A stretch of 63,998 nt of DNA, the filler included, from Circinaria calcarea (taxonomy: Eukaryota), in assembly GCA_051942165.1 (NCBI GenBank). It is 8 parts of 8 records of this genome, joined end to end, with 100 filler letters (N's around TTAATTAATTAA, not from the genome) between each part and the next. Parts side by side here need not be neighbours in the genome. Positions count along the whole stretch, not along the records: positions 48,495 to 56,468 come from JAVECS010001201.1; positions 56,569 to 63,998 come from JAVECS010001329.1; 6 more parts are not named here. One strand, written 5' to 3'. Numbering within the stretch: the stretch's first letter is position 1; the number at the start of each line of letters is the position of its first letter. The notes beneath the pieces were generated by a model. That model was not told where the DNA came from. It did not search any database and was given only the letters and a program-made list of their open reading frames with translations. The translations under genes and the position numbers were made by a program. This document shows, in pieces, positions 49,488-62,089 of this stretch.

Positions 49488-50532
49488 TCAGATCCGCTTC
49501 TCGACCATCCGCAGGAAATCCCCCAGCAGCGCGCCTCCGTCTTCCACCAGCAGCTCCTTGAACTCGGGCGCTTTCACCAGGATGTCCATCTCAAACCCAA
49601 TATAGCGTACCAGCAGTTCCCTTAGGTCTTCGACCCCGTCATCGACGTCTGCGGTATTGGCGTAGACGTACCGGATGAGCTCGACAATGTCGCCCGCGCG
49701 CTCCAGGTAGAGGGTGTAGATGGCGAGGGTTTGATGGAGGTTCTGGATTGCTTGGGGTTTTAGGGGTTGGATGTCGTATTTCTCGGCGAAGACGTAGAGA
49801 CGGGTGTGGGAAAGGAAGACCTCGGTGTAGTCTTCACTATTATCGCGGTTAGAGCGAGGGGGGGGAGGGGGAGGGTGAGTTTCCAGGAATGCATATCCGA
49901 GCTCGATGAAGGACTCCTTTAGGGCAGTTTTGGAAGATCGTTGCTGCCCGAATCCCACGCTAGGCGGAAATCCTACGGCCTTTTGACTTTTCTTATCCTT
50001 CTTTGAGTGTCTTGAAAACCCACTCCATCCGGAATCAACCGCCGCTTGAGATGCTGGAAATTCTGACACCTGTGCTACTTCTACTGTCGGTTCCTCCGCG
50101 GTTTGTACCGAAAAATTGGATAGCGAAGGTATTGGACTCGTTACTAGTTCCACTTCCGGTATAGGTTTCTTTAGTTTAATCTTGCCTCCACGTTCCTCAA
50201 GAACTTCAAACATTGGGCTCTCCATGCTGCTTTCATAAGCTGCACTATGTGCTGCTGGAAAGTAATACCCAGTGTAGGCCCACCGAATGAAGCGGGTGAA
50301 AGTACCAACGTCCACATCATCGAGGACTGCGAACCCCTTTTGTGCTTCTGACATGCGGCCATTGATCATACGATCAAGGGGCTTGGAATGTTTGGCCACC
50401 AGCGCCGAATGAATATACAGCGATTTGCCCTCGACAATGAACTTGAAGGGTGTAGAAGCGAAAATACTAGACAGTCAGATTGTATTAGAGACCGACAGGA
50501 AACAGAGCTTACACTTCGTCGGGATCGGACAT
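49488..50532 (-). CDS. BTB/POZ-domain protein
   Basis: Short first exon, intron, then LYIHSALVAKHSKPLDRMINGRMSEAQ..FTRFIRWAYTGYY..EDYTEVFLSHTRLYVFAEKYDI. Confidence 0.88.
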
Positions 50533-51309
50533 GTTTAGAGAAAAAAGATGTTATGTTACCGAGCTGAGTATTGTGTAGAAACGCGGTCAAAATTTTTAAA
50601 ACACGAAATGTGATGAAGACGAGAGATAATCTAGTGGAAAGCAACAAGCCATTCCAAGTTGTTTTCCACACGAGACCAAGAGGTGCTAATGGCCTTATAC
50701 GTGTAGTCGACGTGTCTGCGTTACACAGCATTTGACAGCTTGCAATCCAAGCCTCAGCCAGGGTCGAGTGTGACTGCAAACGCTGGCCATGCATGCAGCC
50801 GGGAAGGCACCTTCATCCTCATCGATTCATGTACGGCCAACCAATTAACGGTAGTACTGGATGAGCATAGCTTCGAGAGTTGTAGTAGATCAGTGATGAG
50901 AGGGATATAACTTGAGAGTCTTGAGTTCCAGCTATAGTACCTATTTGAGAAGGGCAAGGACGGACCCTTGGTGGTGGATGGTGATTACTTGGCCCTACCA
51001 CAATATTTAACTCGTGTCATAAGAACTGGGAAATGGTCAAGGAAGATTACAATTAGAGTAGTAGGTATGGATGTTATACTCATATTCTAAGAGCTTCTAT
51101 GATAAATCACATCATCTAGCCCATATCGCAAATGATTGATACTCGGCTGCTTCCACCAATCGCTAAGCTGAATATCCAGAATCCTATCCAATTTCATTGG
51201 TTTTTACACCTCCTCTTTTCCACCCTCCTTCGTAAACTATAATTTCGTTGGCCCCGTAAGTTCATAATCGGTCGGACTCGAACAACGCGCATGTCAGGAG
51301 TCTTTTATC

Positions 51310-53068
51310 CTATACCGCCTTCTCGGCGAGTAGATTGTCCCCTATCTCCGGTCTATTCATAAGCTCCTCAAACCCAGCAAAACCCTCTTCCACAACCCAC
51401 TTTCCCCCACCCGTACCCTTGAGCACCTCACAACTCCAGCCCAGCACTAAAAGGCCTGGAGGCCGACTGCCTTCTTCCTCGACGGCTGCGACTACATGCT
51501 GCAACGTACTGCGGATAATGCGTTGATCTGGGCAAGACGCTCGTTCAAGCACAGCGCATGGCGTCGTTACAGGCCACGGAGAAGAATTTGTTTCGGTTCC
51601 CGTTTCGGACTTGTCACAGCTCGACGGAACGCCGGTCAACGATTCCACAAGATCCTTGAGGCGGTGCAGAGCCATCAGGAACACCACCGTTTGCGTTTCT
51701 ACATAAGGCGGTGGTCGAGGCTTTGCCCCTTTCCTTCCTGTCCCTGTGCAGATTAAGACTTGATCCGCAACGCTCCGGTGCGTCGGCGGGATAGCTGCAA
51801 ACAACGGCGCGCTCAGACTGCTAGTAATGCCCGGTAGCACCATAGGCGGATATCCATGATCGCTGAAGAACTGGTACTCTTCTCCCCCTCGCCCATAGAT
51901 ATATGGATCGCCTTGTTTCAGACGGAGGACAGTCATTCCCTTTTTCAGGGCATCGAGTCCAAGAGAGAGGAGTTCAGCTTGAGCAGCGTCGGCGTTGCCA
52001 GGAAACTTGCGCGCTATATGCACAGGTGTACGGCGGGGAATCAAGTCAAGGACAGGGGCCGGAACCAGCTTGTCAGCAAGGATAAAAGATGCACTTTGGA
52101 TGGCGCGATGCGTCGCTAAGGTCAAGAGTTCGGGCGAGCCAGGGCCAGATCCTGCAAGGATGATGAGTGGTTTCGTCGGAGCAGGAACTTGGGGTCCAGT
52201 AGAAGTAATCTTAAGAGATGGACTTAGATCGGGGCATTGAGCAGTGTAAGACTGTAGGATATTATCGACATCGGTATCTGTTATGGACGCCAGCCTTCTG
52301 AGGGGCCAGTATTCGCAGATCTGTGAAAGCCAACGTATGCGGCGTGTCTTTGCGGCGTTGTGATCTGAATCAAGGATAAGCTTGTTGAAGTTTGGCTTTT
52401 GCGCTGGTGAGTCGTCATCGGAAACGTCGACCGTGGGCTCTGAGAGCTCGTAAGCACGGTGATCTTCTTCCCATATCCGTCGTCGTATAATTCCGAGACG
52501 CTCCACAGCTGCCCCAAGGCCCGGTGGGAGGGAAGCGGCGACTTCCCGGCGAATACGTGCGGCTAGCTTGCATCCTTTGCCGGAGGTGGTAATACCTATT
52601 TGAAGCGGGCCATCGGAGTGGGTAGAAAGAAGGGTAAAAGTGCAAAGATTTGGAGCATCGACGACATTAACTGGGATACGGAGCCGACGGCACAACGTGG
52701 AAATATGCGTGCCTATTCATTGTTTCAGTAGGAGTCTCAGATTCGTAAGGCAGATAGATATTGCGTCTACTTAATGGATTCTTGCCTCCCAATGTCACAA
52801 ACACGGCGTCGGCGACATTGTCTACTTCGTCTCTCCCACAAGTCTGCAGAATTTGGTCTTCAAATTGGCCCTTTATCCGCTCAACTTGTCCATCTTCGAT
52901 TTTCTTCTGCAAGGCATAATGCATTTCTGCGTCGGCAGGCGCAACGACAATCGCTTTGGCTCCAGCCTCAAGACTTCTGTTACATCTTGCGCTTGCTAAC
53001 GAATTCGAACCAACAACCAAGTGAACATGACCAGTGGCATCATGGGCAGTCAGAACGGGAGTCGGCAT
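51310..53068 (-). CDS. MET1: Siroheme synthase / uroporphyrinogen-III C-methyltransferase
   Basis: IPVNVVDAPNLCTFTLLS, LAGSGPGSPELLT, ADKLVP, LRLKQGDPYIYGRGGEE, LPGITS; one intron near 52715-52770. Confidence 0.93.
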
Positions 53069-53797
53069 TGACTCGAAGTAAGAATATTCCAGATAACCAA
53101 CCTGAGGACGTTGCCCGAAGTCTATATAGTGTCCAAGTTTCACCTTCAAGGGACGTGATAGTCAATTGCAACAAGTAAACTCGACCTCGTCCTATGCACC
53201 TGCACTACGGAAGAAGTAGTCGGTGCCATTGCCATTGATATAGGTGTTTCTCTGGGGCGAAGTTGACTAAGGGGAAAATGCCGATGCTGAGAGATAACGC
53301 CATTGATGGAAGTCAGGGTCCCTCCTGCGCTAAGGATTGGCCGCCGCGGAGATCGGAGAGTTACACTCCGGAGAAGTAGTCCTGGGGAGATTGTACTTCC
53401 TTAAGAGGAGCTCTATTTAGATCAATCTCAGTATTGTTATCTTATGCTCTGCCCAGCTTGGTGGCAGGATGCTATAGGTTCAGGGGCTCAGCAGAAGGGA
53501 TGCACACTTGGTCTTGCGGGAACTTAGTGGATGCGGTGTGAACTGTTGTTGCAGATATGCCCTCGCCTTCTGGTCCAATTAATAGTAAAAGAAAAGCAAA
53601 AGGTACCGCAAACTCTACCTTCGATCTGCATCTCTTTATCATGTGCAATTCCCACTTGCTCTTATTACAGTTGATATACTCCTGGGAATGCTCCCCCAAC
53701 CGTGATTGGTCTTTCTGACCTGAAATGTCCTGTTTAAGACGACACTTCCCTGGGAGGTGAAGAGCTCCCTACAGAACCCGCCGTGGATCTCAAAGAT

Positions 53798-54949
53798 ATG
53801 ACAACTAGGTATACGCAAGAAGAATGGCTCGCCATAATAGATCGAGCCCGGCAGGAGTTGCCGGCGGAGCGGATATACTACAAGGCTCCTGATATAGGAA
53901 CATACTACAAGGCTCCTGATATAGGAACATACTACAAGGCTCCTGATATAGGAACAGTCGAGTTTGCCAAGTGCATCGATCATACCCTACTGAAGCTAGA
54001 CGCTACGAAGGAGCAGATTGATCACCTTTGCGAAGAGGCAAGAACATATGATTTCAAGGTAGGCACAATGCCGTGGCTTCGACATTTCTAGACTCATCCC
54101 CGCTCCACGGAATTTCAAATTTTTACTCGCTGCTATTCCTTTCATCACGCCGACAAGAGAGCCTTGGTGTTCTTGGATACAGGGAAGACTTGCTCAAATC
54201 ACAATTAGCTCGGTTATGACATACTTATCCCAAAAGGATGAATTGGTCTTTCTCTAACACCATTCTCTTTAGTCGGTGTGCGTAAGGTTAAAGTGGGTGG
54301 AGCGGGCCGTGCAAAATCTTCGAGGTACCTCAATTGTTGTAGCATGCGTGATAGGTTTTCATGAAGGAACCTACTCCGTCTCAGAAAAAGTCCGGTAAGT
54401 TATATGTTAAAGAGCTTACATTGAGGAACTTCCTACTAAAATCATTTTAGCGAAGCAACTCAAGCCATTTCTGCAGGCGCTTCGGAGCTTGACATGGTCC
54501 TCAATTATAAGTTGCTGATGGACAAGGAATATTCTGCTGTATTCACGGAAATTGCGGCAGTAAGGAGTACAATCTCTCACCTAACCGTCCTGAAAGTGAT
54601 TCTTGAAACTTCTCAATTATCGACCACCGATGTTATTGCTGGATGCAAAATTGCACAGGCAGCGAAAGCCGACTACGTCAAGACGAGTACTGGTTTCAAT
54701 GGGGAAGGGGCCACAATCGAAAATGTGCTATTGATGAAGAGTGTGATTGGAGACAGTATGAAAGTCAAGGCTAGCGGGGGCGTCAAAACAGTGAGAGATG
54801 TCGTTAGAATGATGGAAGCAGGAGCGGAAAGGATTGGGACCAGCAATGGAGTTCATATTGTGAAGGAGGCAGCCGAACTGCTTAAGAACTTTACACACCA
54901 AGTTGGCCAAGGGCCAGTGGAGACGACTAGAATTTGGACAGATTATTAG
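53798..54949 (+). CDS. DERA: Deoxyribose-phosphate aldolase
   Basis: IDHTLLK, SVCV, VIGFHEG, GASELDMV, KVILET, YVKTSTGF, VKASGGV, RIGTS; two introns. Confidence 0.93.
53876..53956 (+). repeat. Perfect 3 x 27-bp coding tandem repeat (YYKAPDIGT x3)
   Basis: TACTACAAGGCTCCTGATATAGGAACA occurs three times without mismatch. Confidence 0.95.
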
Positions 54950-55238
54950 GCTTTGGAGGGGTTTCATCTACTCGATGCTGCATTAGCTCGAAATCTCACC
55001 TTAAACTAATGGACAGTCTACTCCATACCCTTCCTGGAGATTTACCATGTGCTGTCTTGTAGAGTCTGGTCTTGAAAGGAAGCATCGCAATCCATCATCA
55101 ATTTTAGACCTATGGTATCACCCAATGTGACTACCCCTGCGTATGCTAGTAAATTCATCGTACTCAAATAGCGCAAATGTCGCGCTCCCCCAGCCGATCT
55201 CCCCAAAAAGTCCTTTGAACCTAGCAATGAGTCCCTTC

Positions 55239-55697
55239 CTAACCGCAACTCTTGCATTCAGGGGCCCGGATATCACTAATCATGCCGAGCTTCCTTCCTC
55301 CACCTCCTCCACTCCCCGGGCCGGGACCTCCTCCACCACTGCCACCTCCACTTCCACCCCCACCGAAGAATCCCTTGCCCGTCCGCGTCCCATCTCTTTC
55401 ACGGTTATTGACATTGTAGGCTGACATGCGCCCCGAGGCATAAGGATCCAACTTATTTTGGCGTCAGACTCATTGTTTCAGCGGGTTATGGAGCGGTATT
55501 ATAGGCGCTTACAGCAAAGAGCGTACTCAGATAGAGACCGAGGAAGAGAGTAGCATTATCGAAGAAGCCACGAAGACGCGCGGAGAAGGGAGGACTGTAG
55601 CTTTGGTTTAGTCTGCTATCACTGCAAGGCTTTGAGGGATGGAATACCTAGATAAAACCCGCCCATTCGACACATATGGTGTAGCTGGCCTTGCCAT
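55239..55697 (-). CDS. SelK/SelG-like small membrane protein (Cys form)
   Basis: Three exons: MARPATPYVSNGRVLS, hydrophobic FFDNATLFLGLYLSTLFA, Gly-rich tail RKLGMISDIRAPECKSCG-stop. Confidence 0.7.
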
Positions 55698-55936
55698 AAT
55701 GGCTGATTTGTTGACGTAGTTATGAAGCTGAGTATTTGGTTATACTTTGTGATCTGCAGAGGGTCTGATACAAAGCCACGTTTGAAAGCCCCTGCCAGCC
55801 CTACATTAGCACATCCGCCAGCACTACGGAGTAGCTCTGTATTTTAGCTCTAACCTTATTAATTCCCCAGGTTTTTGATGATCCTCATATTGACCCATGC
55901 ATCGGACTCCTCTATCATGCAGTCTGTTCAGATACG

Positions 55937-56468
55937 ATGGCTGGCCACGATTCTAAGGTTTGTCCTATTCATTTATGCTAATTACCGTTACTGAATGTTA
56001 AAGCCTTCTAGAAGCGGAAAAGAGAGACACCTTACCTTCCTAAAGATGAGGTTGATACATCGAAACCTACCGCAGTCTTTGAGCCATCGGCGGGCAGGAA
56101 GTGCACCCTAAGCATTGCATTACCGGGTAGTATCATAGCAAAGTACGCTTCTCAATCGCAAAGACCAACCGTCCACGCTAATATCTTCCTCAAAGTGCAC
56201 AATCTCATGACCTCAAAACAATCCTAGCGGGGCAAATCGCCCGTGCTTTAGCTGTTTTCTGTGTGGACGAAGTTGTCGTCTTTGATGATGGACAAGGGAA
56301 GCAATTGAACAGTTACGATACCTACTCAGAGTCGCTGAATGGAAATGGAGAGAACTCCTACACTGGCTACTCGGATCCTAATCACTTCCTCTTGCATCTC
56401 CTTTCCTACCTCGAAACGCCAGCCAATCTTCGCAAACACCTATTCCCCATGCATCCAAACTTACGCAC
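55937..56468 (+). CDS. SPOUT-family RNA methyltransferase (DUF171/SPOUT1-like), N-terminal part
   Basis: TLSIALPGSIIA, AGQIARALAVFCVDEVVVFDDG, LLSYLETPANLRKHLFPMHPNLR. Confidence 0.88.
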
Positions 56469-56568
56469 NNNNNNNNNNNNNNNNNNNNNNNNNNNNNNNN
56501 NNNNNNNNNNNNTTAATTAATTAANNNNNNNNNNNNNNNNNNNNNNNNNNNNNNNNNNNNNNNNNNNN
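56469..56568. other. Artificial contig-joining linker
   Basis: Same 100-bp spacer. Confidence 0.98.
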
Positions 56569-56747
56569 GTTCTGGAGGGTGGGTTCTGAGGCTCCCACTA
56601 ATCTTACTCCTTAATGCTTAGCGCTGGCTGGAGTCATCGCTAGAGGAACTGCCTGTGTAGATATATATGGCAGGCAATAGTAAACTTGGTCCTCCTATCA
56701 AACTCCTCACTACTTCCCAGATCGATCTAGGCAGTCTATTGCATATA

Positions 56748-56851
56748 AAGAGTATAGACAGCTCCGGCTAGAATGTACCAGGCAGGTTTTAAGGCTAGTA
56801 TTGCTCATAATACAGCCCCTGTATATTCTAGCCGGAGCTGTCTGTACTCTG
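56748..56851. mobile_element. MITE (Tc1/mariner-type, TA-flanked), 104 bp
   Basis: About 27-bp terminal inverted repeats AAGAGTATAGACAGCTCCGGCTAGAAT / ATTCTAGCCGGAGCTGTCTGTACTCTG, TA on both sides; relative at 63344. Confidence 0.85.
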
Positions 56852-57297
56852 TAAATGGCTTAACGGTGAGTGTGGAGGGCGGCCATCATGGCAGGTGAGA
56901 AGGCTGTGGTCTTATTCTATTGGGGTCAGGCTTAGGCTAGCGGGACCCCAACTCAACGTGAAACTAATCAAAGGTAGGTCTGCAAGAAAGAGGCGAACGT
57001 TACAGTGGAGATATGCAGGGAAAGAAGTGGGGAAACAGCGCTAATTGAGAGCAATTGTGGCTCTACATCCGATCCCCCGAGTTTTCTTCTAGATTCATAG
57101 CACTTTCAAGCATACCACACATATTCAGCATACCCTTAGTGTTTCATAGTATTCCCATAGCTTTTATCAATACAGGCGCCCCTTTCTATATTGCTCCTCT
57201 TATCTGGTGGAACCTTTTAGTACACAAAGTTTCTCCACTTTCTGTTAATATAGCTGCCATTTCCCACGCCAAACTTCTCACTGCAGCATCCTCGTTG

Positions 57298-57960
57298 ATG
57301 ACTGGCACCATGGAGACTATTACATTAGCCTCATCTATTGCGAAATTGCTAAAGCTCGCAGCAGCTACACTCGAGCCTCTCCAACGGCTTGAATCCACCA
57401 AGCATTCAACGAGGAATATTAAGTCCCTTCAAGTCGAAGTTTCAGCTCTCTATGAGATCCTCCAACGCCTCAGACTGTTGATCGTCGGCAGCGAGACAGA
57501 AGAATCGATTGTCCCGGACAATTTACTTAGGACTTGCCAGGAAACCCTACGATCAATCATGAAACTTATTGAGAATTATCATTCAAGCCCTAAGCTTACA
57601 CGAGCGATAACATTGCTGAAACAACAGGTTGAAATAGAGCGTTTGAAAAAAGACCTAGACCGACAAAAGTCTTCCTTTGCACTCGTTCTATCTAGTTACG
57701 CAAGGTATGTTTCTATTCGGTGCTTTGCTCAAATCGGAAATACTAATAGCGCTTCTTACGGTAGTATGCGGATATCTTCTACTAACGTCGATATTCGAGC
57801 CCTACACGATCAACTTGAACGCATGCAAAGTCTCAGTGCAGTGCAGATGCAGAACTACGAATCAAAGCTTCGAGAGTCGACTAGGAAATTGCGACATTTC
57901 TTTGGAAATCTTTCTTTTGCGTCTGGATTACTGATCTGACAGCGTCTTCCCTCTCTGTTA
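57298..57960 (+). CDS. Fungal STAND/NLR N-terminal helical (HeLo-like/SesA-like) domain, apparently without a downstream NTPase
   Basis: METITLASSIAKLLKLA..IKSLQVEVSALYEILQRL..CQETL..IERLKKDLDRQKSSFALVL pattern; no NACHT/NB-ARC frame follows. Confidence 0.55.
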
Positions 57961-58266
57961 TATCAGCTAAATGAGGGGGGGGGGAGGTGGGCCTATAAGC
58001 TAGTTCCTTGGAATGCCGAGTGGATGGTTGCAATTGTGGTGCGGGTAAGGAGTTATAGCGCCAGTCCCTAATTTAGCTTGTCAAGACCTTCGCGGCCTGC
58101 CTCGGTCGCAAAATTATGGGTTGAAGCGTACAAACTTAGGATCTTCAGCTTCAGTGCCACAGATATCACCTTTGCTGCGATTGCAGAGGCAGATGACGGA
58201 TATTGCTCCTCATAAGAGCCATTGTGATCCGGCCCCCTAAATAGTAACTCAAATGATAGAAAGGTA

Positions 58267-58497
58267 TAACCTATCACATGTAAGCTTTCAAGCCCTCATA
58301 GTTACACAATTCCCAGAGTCTTGTTTCTTTGAATAGCCTTGGGCAGGAATGCATAGTGAGGCTGCATTTCCGGCCGCCGAAATAACCTATCATGCAAGCT
58401 TTCAAGACTTCACAGTTACACAATTCCCAGAGTTTTATTTCTTTGAATGGCCTTGGGCAGGATGCATAATGAGGCTACATTCCTGGCTACTCAAATG
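58267..58497. repeat. Diverged ~116-bp tandem duplication
   Basis: Two copies starting TAACCTATC at 58267 and 58383, sharing AAGCTTTCAAG, AGTTACACAATTCCCAGAGT and GCCTTGGGCAGGA. Confidence 0.85.
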
Positions 58498-59346
58498 ATT
58501 CGCTGGGTAATAAAACCCTATTTAAGGATCCCGGTATGCCTTCACCCTGATATTTTCATTAATATATATCCATCATGCTAACCGTATTTTCCGCCGAAAA
58601 CCAGCTTGATTCTACTTACGACCTCATCGAAGACTGTGGCCTGCAATTTTGCCTTGCCGAAATAAATCCGCTTAGTTTAATATTTCATAAAATGTCTTCA
58701 CAATATCCTGCGCAGGCCCCCAACACCTATTACTACACCCCACATAATGGCACTTCCCAGAAGCCCAAAACAATCAAACCGCTGCCAAATTCCTCCTCAA
58801 TGTATACGGGGACGGTGGGGACGGTGGTGACGCCCCCACCTCGAATTCAGCCCATGAGCCCGAGCTCCATTTAGCCAGCATCCGGTCAGCCAACATCCGG
58901 GCTCCATTCAAACTCAGGTCAGCCCAAATGCTGCGACTGTAGTTGGCATGGTATCACCTGCTACAAAGTAAGTGATACCCATTCTCAGATTCTCTGTATC
59001 AGAGGAAAGCATCAGCAAAACAACTAACATTTGTGTCTTTCTTTAGTAAAGGTGTTGAGGACAAGTCTTATGGTGGAGCCAAGGCGATTAGTGGCTGGGC
59101 GGGCATATGGAATGGGCAGGCAGGCATGGAGGACTCTTACACATATACTTCTTTCAATAAGTAGCACACAGCAGAGCAGCAGAGCAGCAGAGCAGCCGGA
59201 AATACGATACTAAAACCCATTCTAATATCTCCTATATATGTGTACTATGCTATAGTAGTTAATTCATGCTATATACCTCTTGATTCTTTATTATTTAGGG
59301 TCCCGTTACTTATTCTCGATAGCGTTTTTACCTATATCTTAGAAAC

Positions 59347-59567
59347 TGTAAGGATCCTCTACGAATAGTATGATGATCTTACGAATAAGGGTCGGTAAAC
59401 TGTGTGATAATGTACTCAATTGCTTCGTATAGCGTATGAATTATTGCTAAAGAATTCTGGTGTAACGCTTCGCGAGGAAAACCTTTCTCGCTAAGCCAGC
59501 ACCTCGTGACCTCGGTGTATAGTTCACCCGTAGCATTCGTAGGGGTCCTCTGGTAAAGACTCTTACA
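59347..59567. mobile_element. LTR-like repeat, copy 3
   Basis: TGTAAGG...TCTTACA; same family as 19057 and 21278, on a different contig. Confidence 0.8.
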
Positions 59568-60720
59568 ATTATATATTAACAAATGTTATTAAAATAAGGA
59601 TAACAGTGCCAAATTGCTAATAGAATCGGTACAAAGACTTCGTGCGCGCTTATAGCTAGCATAATAATCCAAACCAGATTCTGGAATTATAACCGCGCTC
59701 CACCTTAGATCAGGACTGCATATAGGGCTTATCGTCCCCACCAGCTTTAACATAATGCTCGATACCGGCTTGGAATTGGCAGTTCTGCGCAGCTCTGCTT
59801 GCGGAGTTTGAAGAGTTTTCGTTGGCCGAGCTTATTGGCGAGCCGGTCTCCGCAGCCACGCCGATATCAGCGCCGGTGGTTGGGTTGATGCAGTATAACT
59901 CGCTTTCATGGTTATAAAATCCGGTGTATAAATAATCCTGCAGTTGCCGTCGCTGTCACATAAAATCTGGTACTCAGTTGCATTAACCATGCATGTGGTA
60001 TCTCTCACAGCCGTAACAAACTACCTAGCTGGCAGCCGTAAGTGCCAGCGTTAAGCCGGGAACGGTTCGTCTGAGTAATATAACAATACTATAAAATTAA
60101 TACCGAATGCTAAATAAAGTTCCAGCGAGAAAATTTGCTCAGTCACAATTTCCCGAGCGTGAATAATGCCATTTTGCATCGGCGGTGGACTACCTACCTT
60201 AGGTACCTAATCTAGCAGCACTAGAGTGAGTACCCTAACGGACTCGCCAGCCCCGCTTCCATATGGACGGCTTATTAGGAGTATATTAACATGGTCAGCT
60301 TGGCGCTATGATTGACTGATCAATCCGACTTATCACCGGACGGTCCCATAATTAAGAACGCAGTAGGGAAAGCCTACTACGTAATTATATGACTATATAG
60401 TTACGGTGCTGCCGCATAATCCTACAAATTACTTCATCTGTGCTGCTACTCTGCCCGTCTCGGAACCATCTGGGTACTCAAAGGCAGCCTCTGCCAGGCC
60501 TTGGATGCATGCATGCGAACCCCTTTGAGCTTAGCAGCTATGTACAAACCAGCAACGACAAACGGACTGGGTGATCATGACGTGGTCAAAGCTATTCCGA
60601 CCATAAGTTACTACTCGACCCCAGCTACTGTTGTCTGCACTTGGGTATAAAGTTGGACGATGGCCAGAGAAGGGGATGGATCAGTCGCAGCGGCTACATG
60701 CAAGCAAGCTTTCCAACATC

Positions 60721-61836
60721 ATGCCTTCTCTATCTATTCTCGCATTTCTGCTTGCTACCACCGGCACCCTCTCGTCCCCGCTCCAGGCCCGCGAGGTTGT
60801 TGTCACCGTCGGCCAGCAAACGGTCGTTGCCGCATCAACCCCCTCTCCGGCAGCGTTTCAGTGGGACAGCGGTGCCGTGGCTGACATTCCCATTCACCCC
60901 TCATGCAATGCCACCCAGCACACTTACATCCGCAACGGTCTGAACGAAGCCATTGCCCTGGCCGCCCAGGCCCGAGACCACCTTCTCCGTTGGGGCCCAA
61001 ATTCTCCCTATAAGGTTAAGTACTTCGGCAACGCCTCGACCGCCGAGCCGATCGGATGGTATACTCGCATCGTCTCTGCTGATCGCGGGAACATGACCTT
61101 CCGATGCGACGATCCAGACCGGCAATGCACCACGCATGTTGGTTAGTCGCTCTCCTTTCCCTCCGCCCTTTCGCCCATCTCTCTTGTGCGGCACATGCTC
61201 ACCGTTTCAGAGTGGCGCGGCCACTGGCGCGGAGAAAACGCCACCCACGAGACGGTCCTGTGCCCACTCACATTTAGCTCGCCCCTGCCCCTTGAGCAGC
61301 TGTGCATGCATGGCACCACCGTCGCCAGCTCCGAACTCAACGTCTTCTTAGCCGTCGACTTGATGCACCGCCTGTACCATGTGTCCCAGATCTCCGAAGA
61401 CGTCGTGAGCCACTACTCGGAGAACTACACTGACGCGCTTGACCTGGCACGCGAGAACGCCACGTACGCAACCAAGGACAGCCATGTGCTGCAGCTGTTC
61501 GCGTGGGACGTGTATGCGTACGACATCGCCGTGCCAGGCGTCGGCTGCTCGGGCGATACAGTGGCGCAAGAACTTGTGCCCATAATTTCCAGCTCCTTAA
61601 TGGCCGCGGCGAGCAAGAGCAGTGCCGTGTTGGCGTCTATGAGCTCTGTGCGCGCAACTGCGACGCCCGCTCCGGCGGCTCCCACTACAGCTTCGGCTTC
61701 GGCTTCGGTTTCGCGGGCGGCTAGTACGAGTGCGGCTGCGGTGAGTATTTGAGCTACCCTAGGCAAAGCGTTCGTGCTGACTTGATAGGCTTGTCACACC
61801 CATGCTGATGGGGCTGTCCATTGCGGACCGGAATAA
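60721..61836 (+). CDS. PRA1: Secreted zincophore of the Pra1/Aspf2 family
   Basis: Signal peptide, PIHPSCNATQ, FRCDDPD..C, WRGHWRGENATHETVLC, DLMHRLYH, and last exon ACHTHADGAVHC; two introns. Confidence 0.92.
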
Positions 61837-62089
61837 GCTGTCCGCTTATGGGGCTGGATTAGAAATGCGTTCCACACCCGTTTGAAGGAGCCAGAAGCCA
61901 ACACCCAGAAATGGAAATATAAGGTAATGTCGAACTAGGCACAATACACGCGGACTCGCAGTTTTACACGTGTAATTACGCGAGGAATTAGCGCTGTGAA
62001 ACACACATAAAAGCGTTGTTTTTTCTCTCTTCAAAACCATAGACTTTTCTCTGTTACAAAGAGGCCAGAATTCTCCCGTCCAAATTATA

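Noticed and set aside
53142..53152. ACCTTCAAGGG, near match to the yeast Zap1 element upstream of MET1
   Set aside because: Single imperfect 11-mer with no supporting context.
7989..56568. Regularly spaced TTAATTAATTAA motif within N runs every ~8 kb
   Set aside because: Artificial linker joining size-sorted contigs; not biological periodicity.
58692..59163. Small Pro-rich/Cys ORF with an intron-like segment
   Set aside because: In-frame TAG at 58872, stop immediately after the putative acceptor, and no recognisable family.
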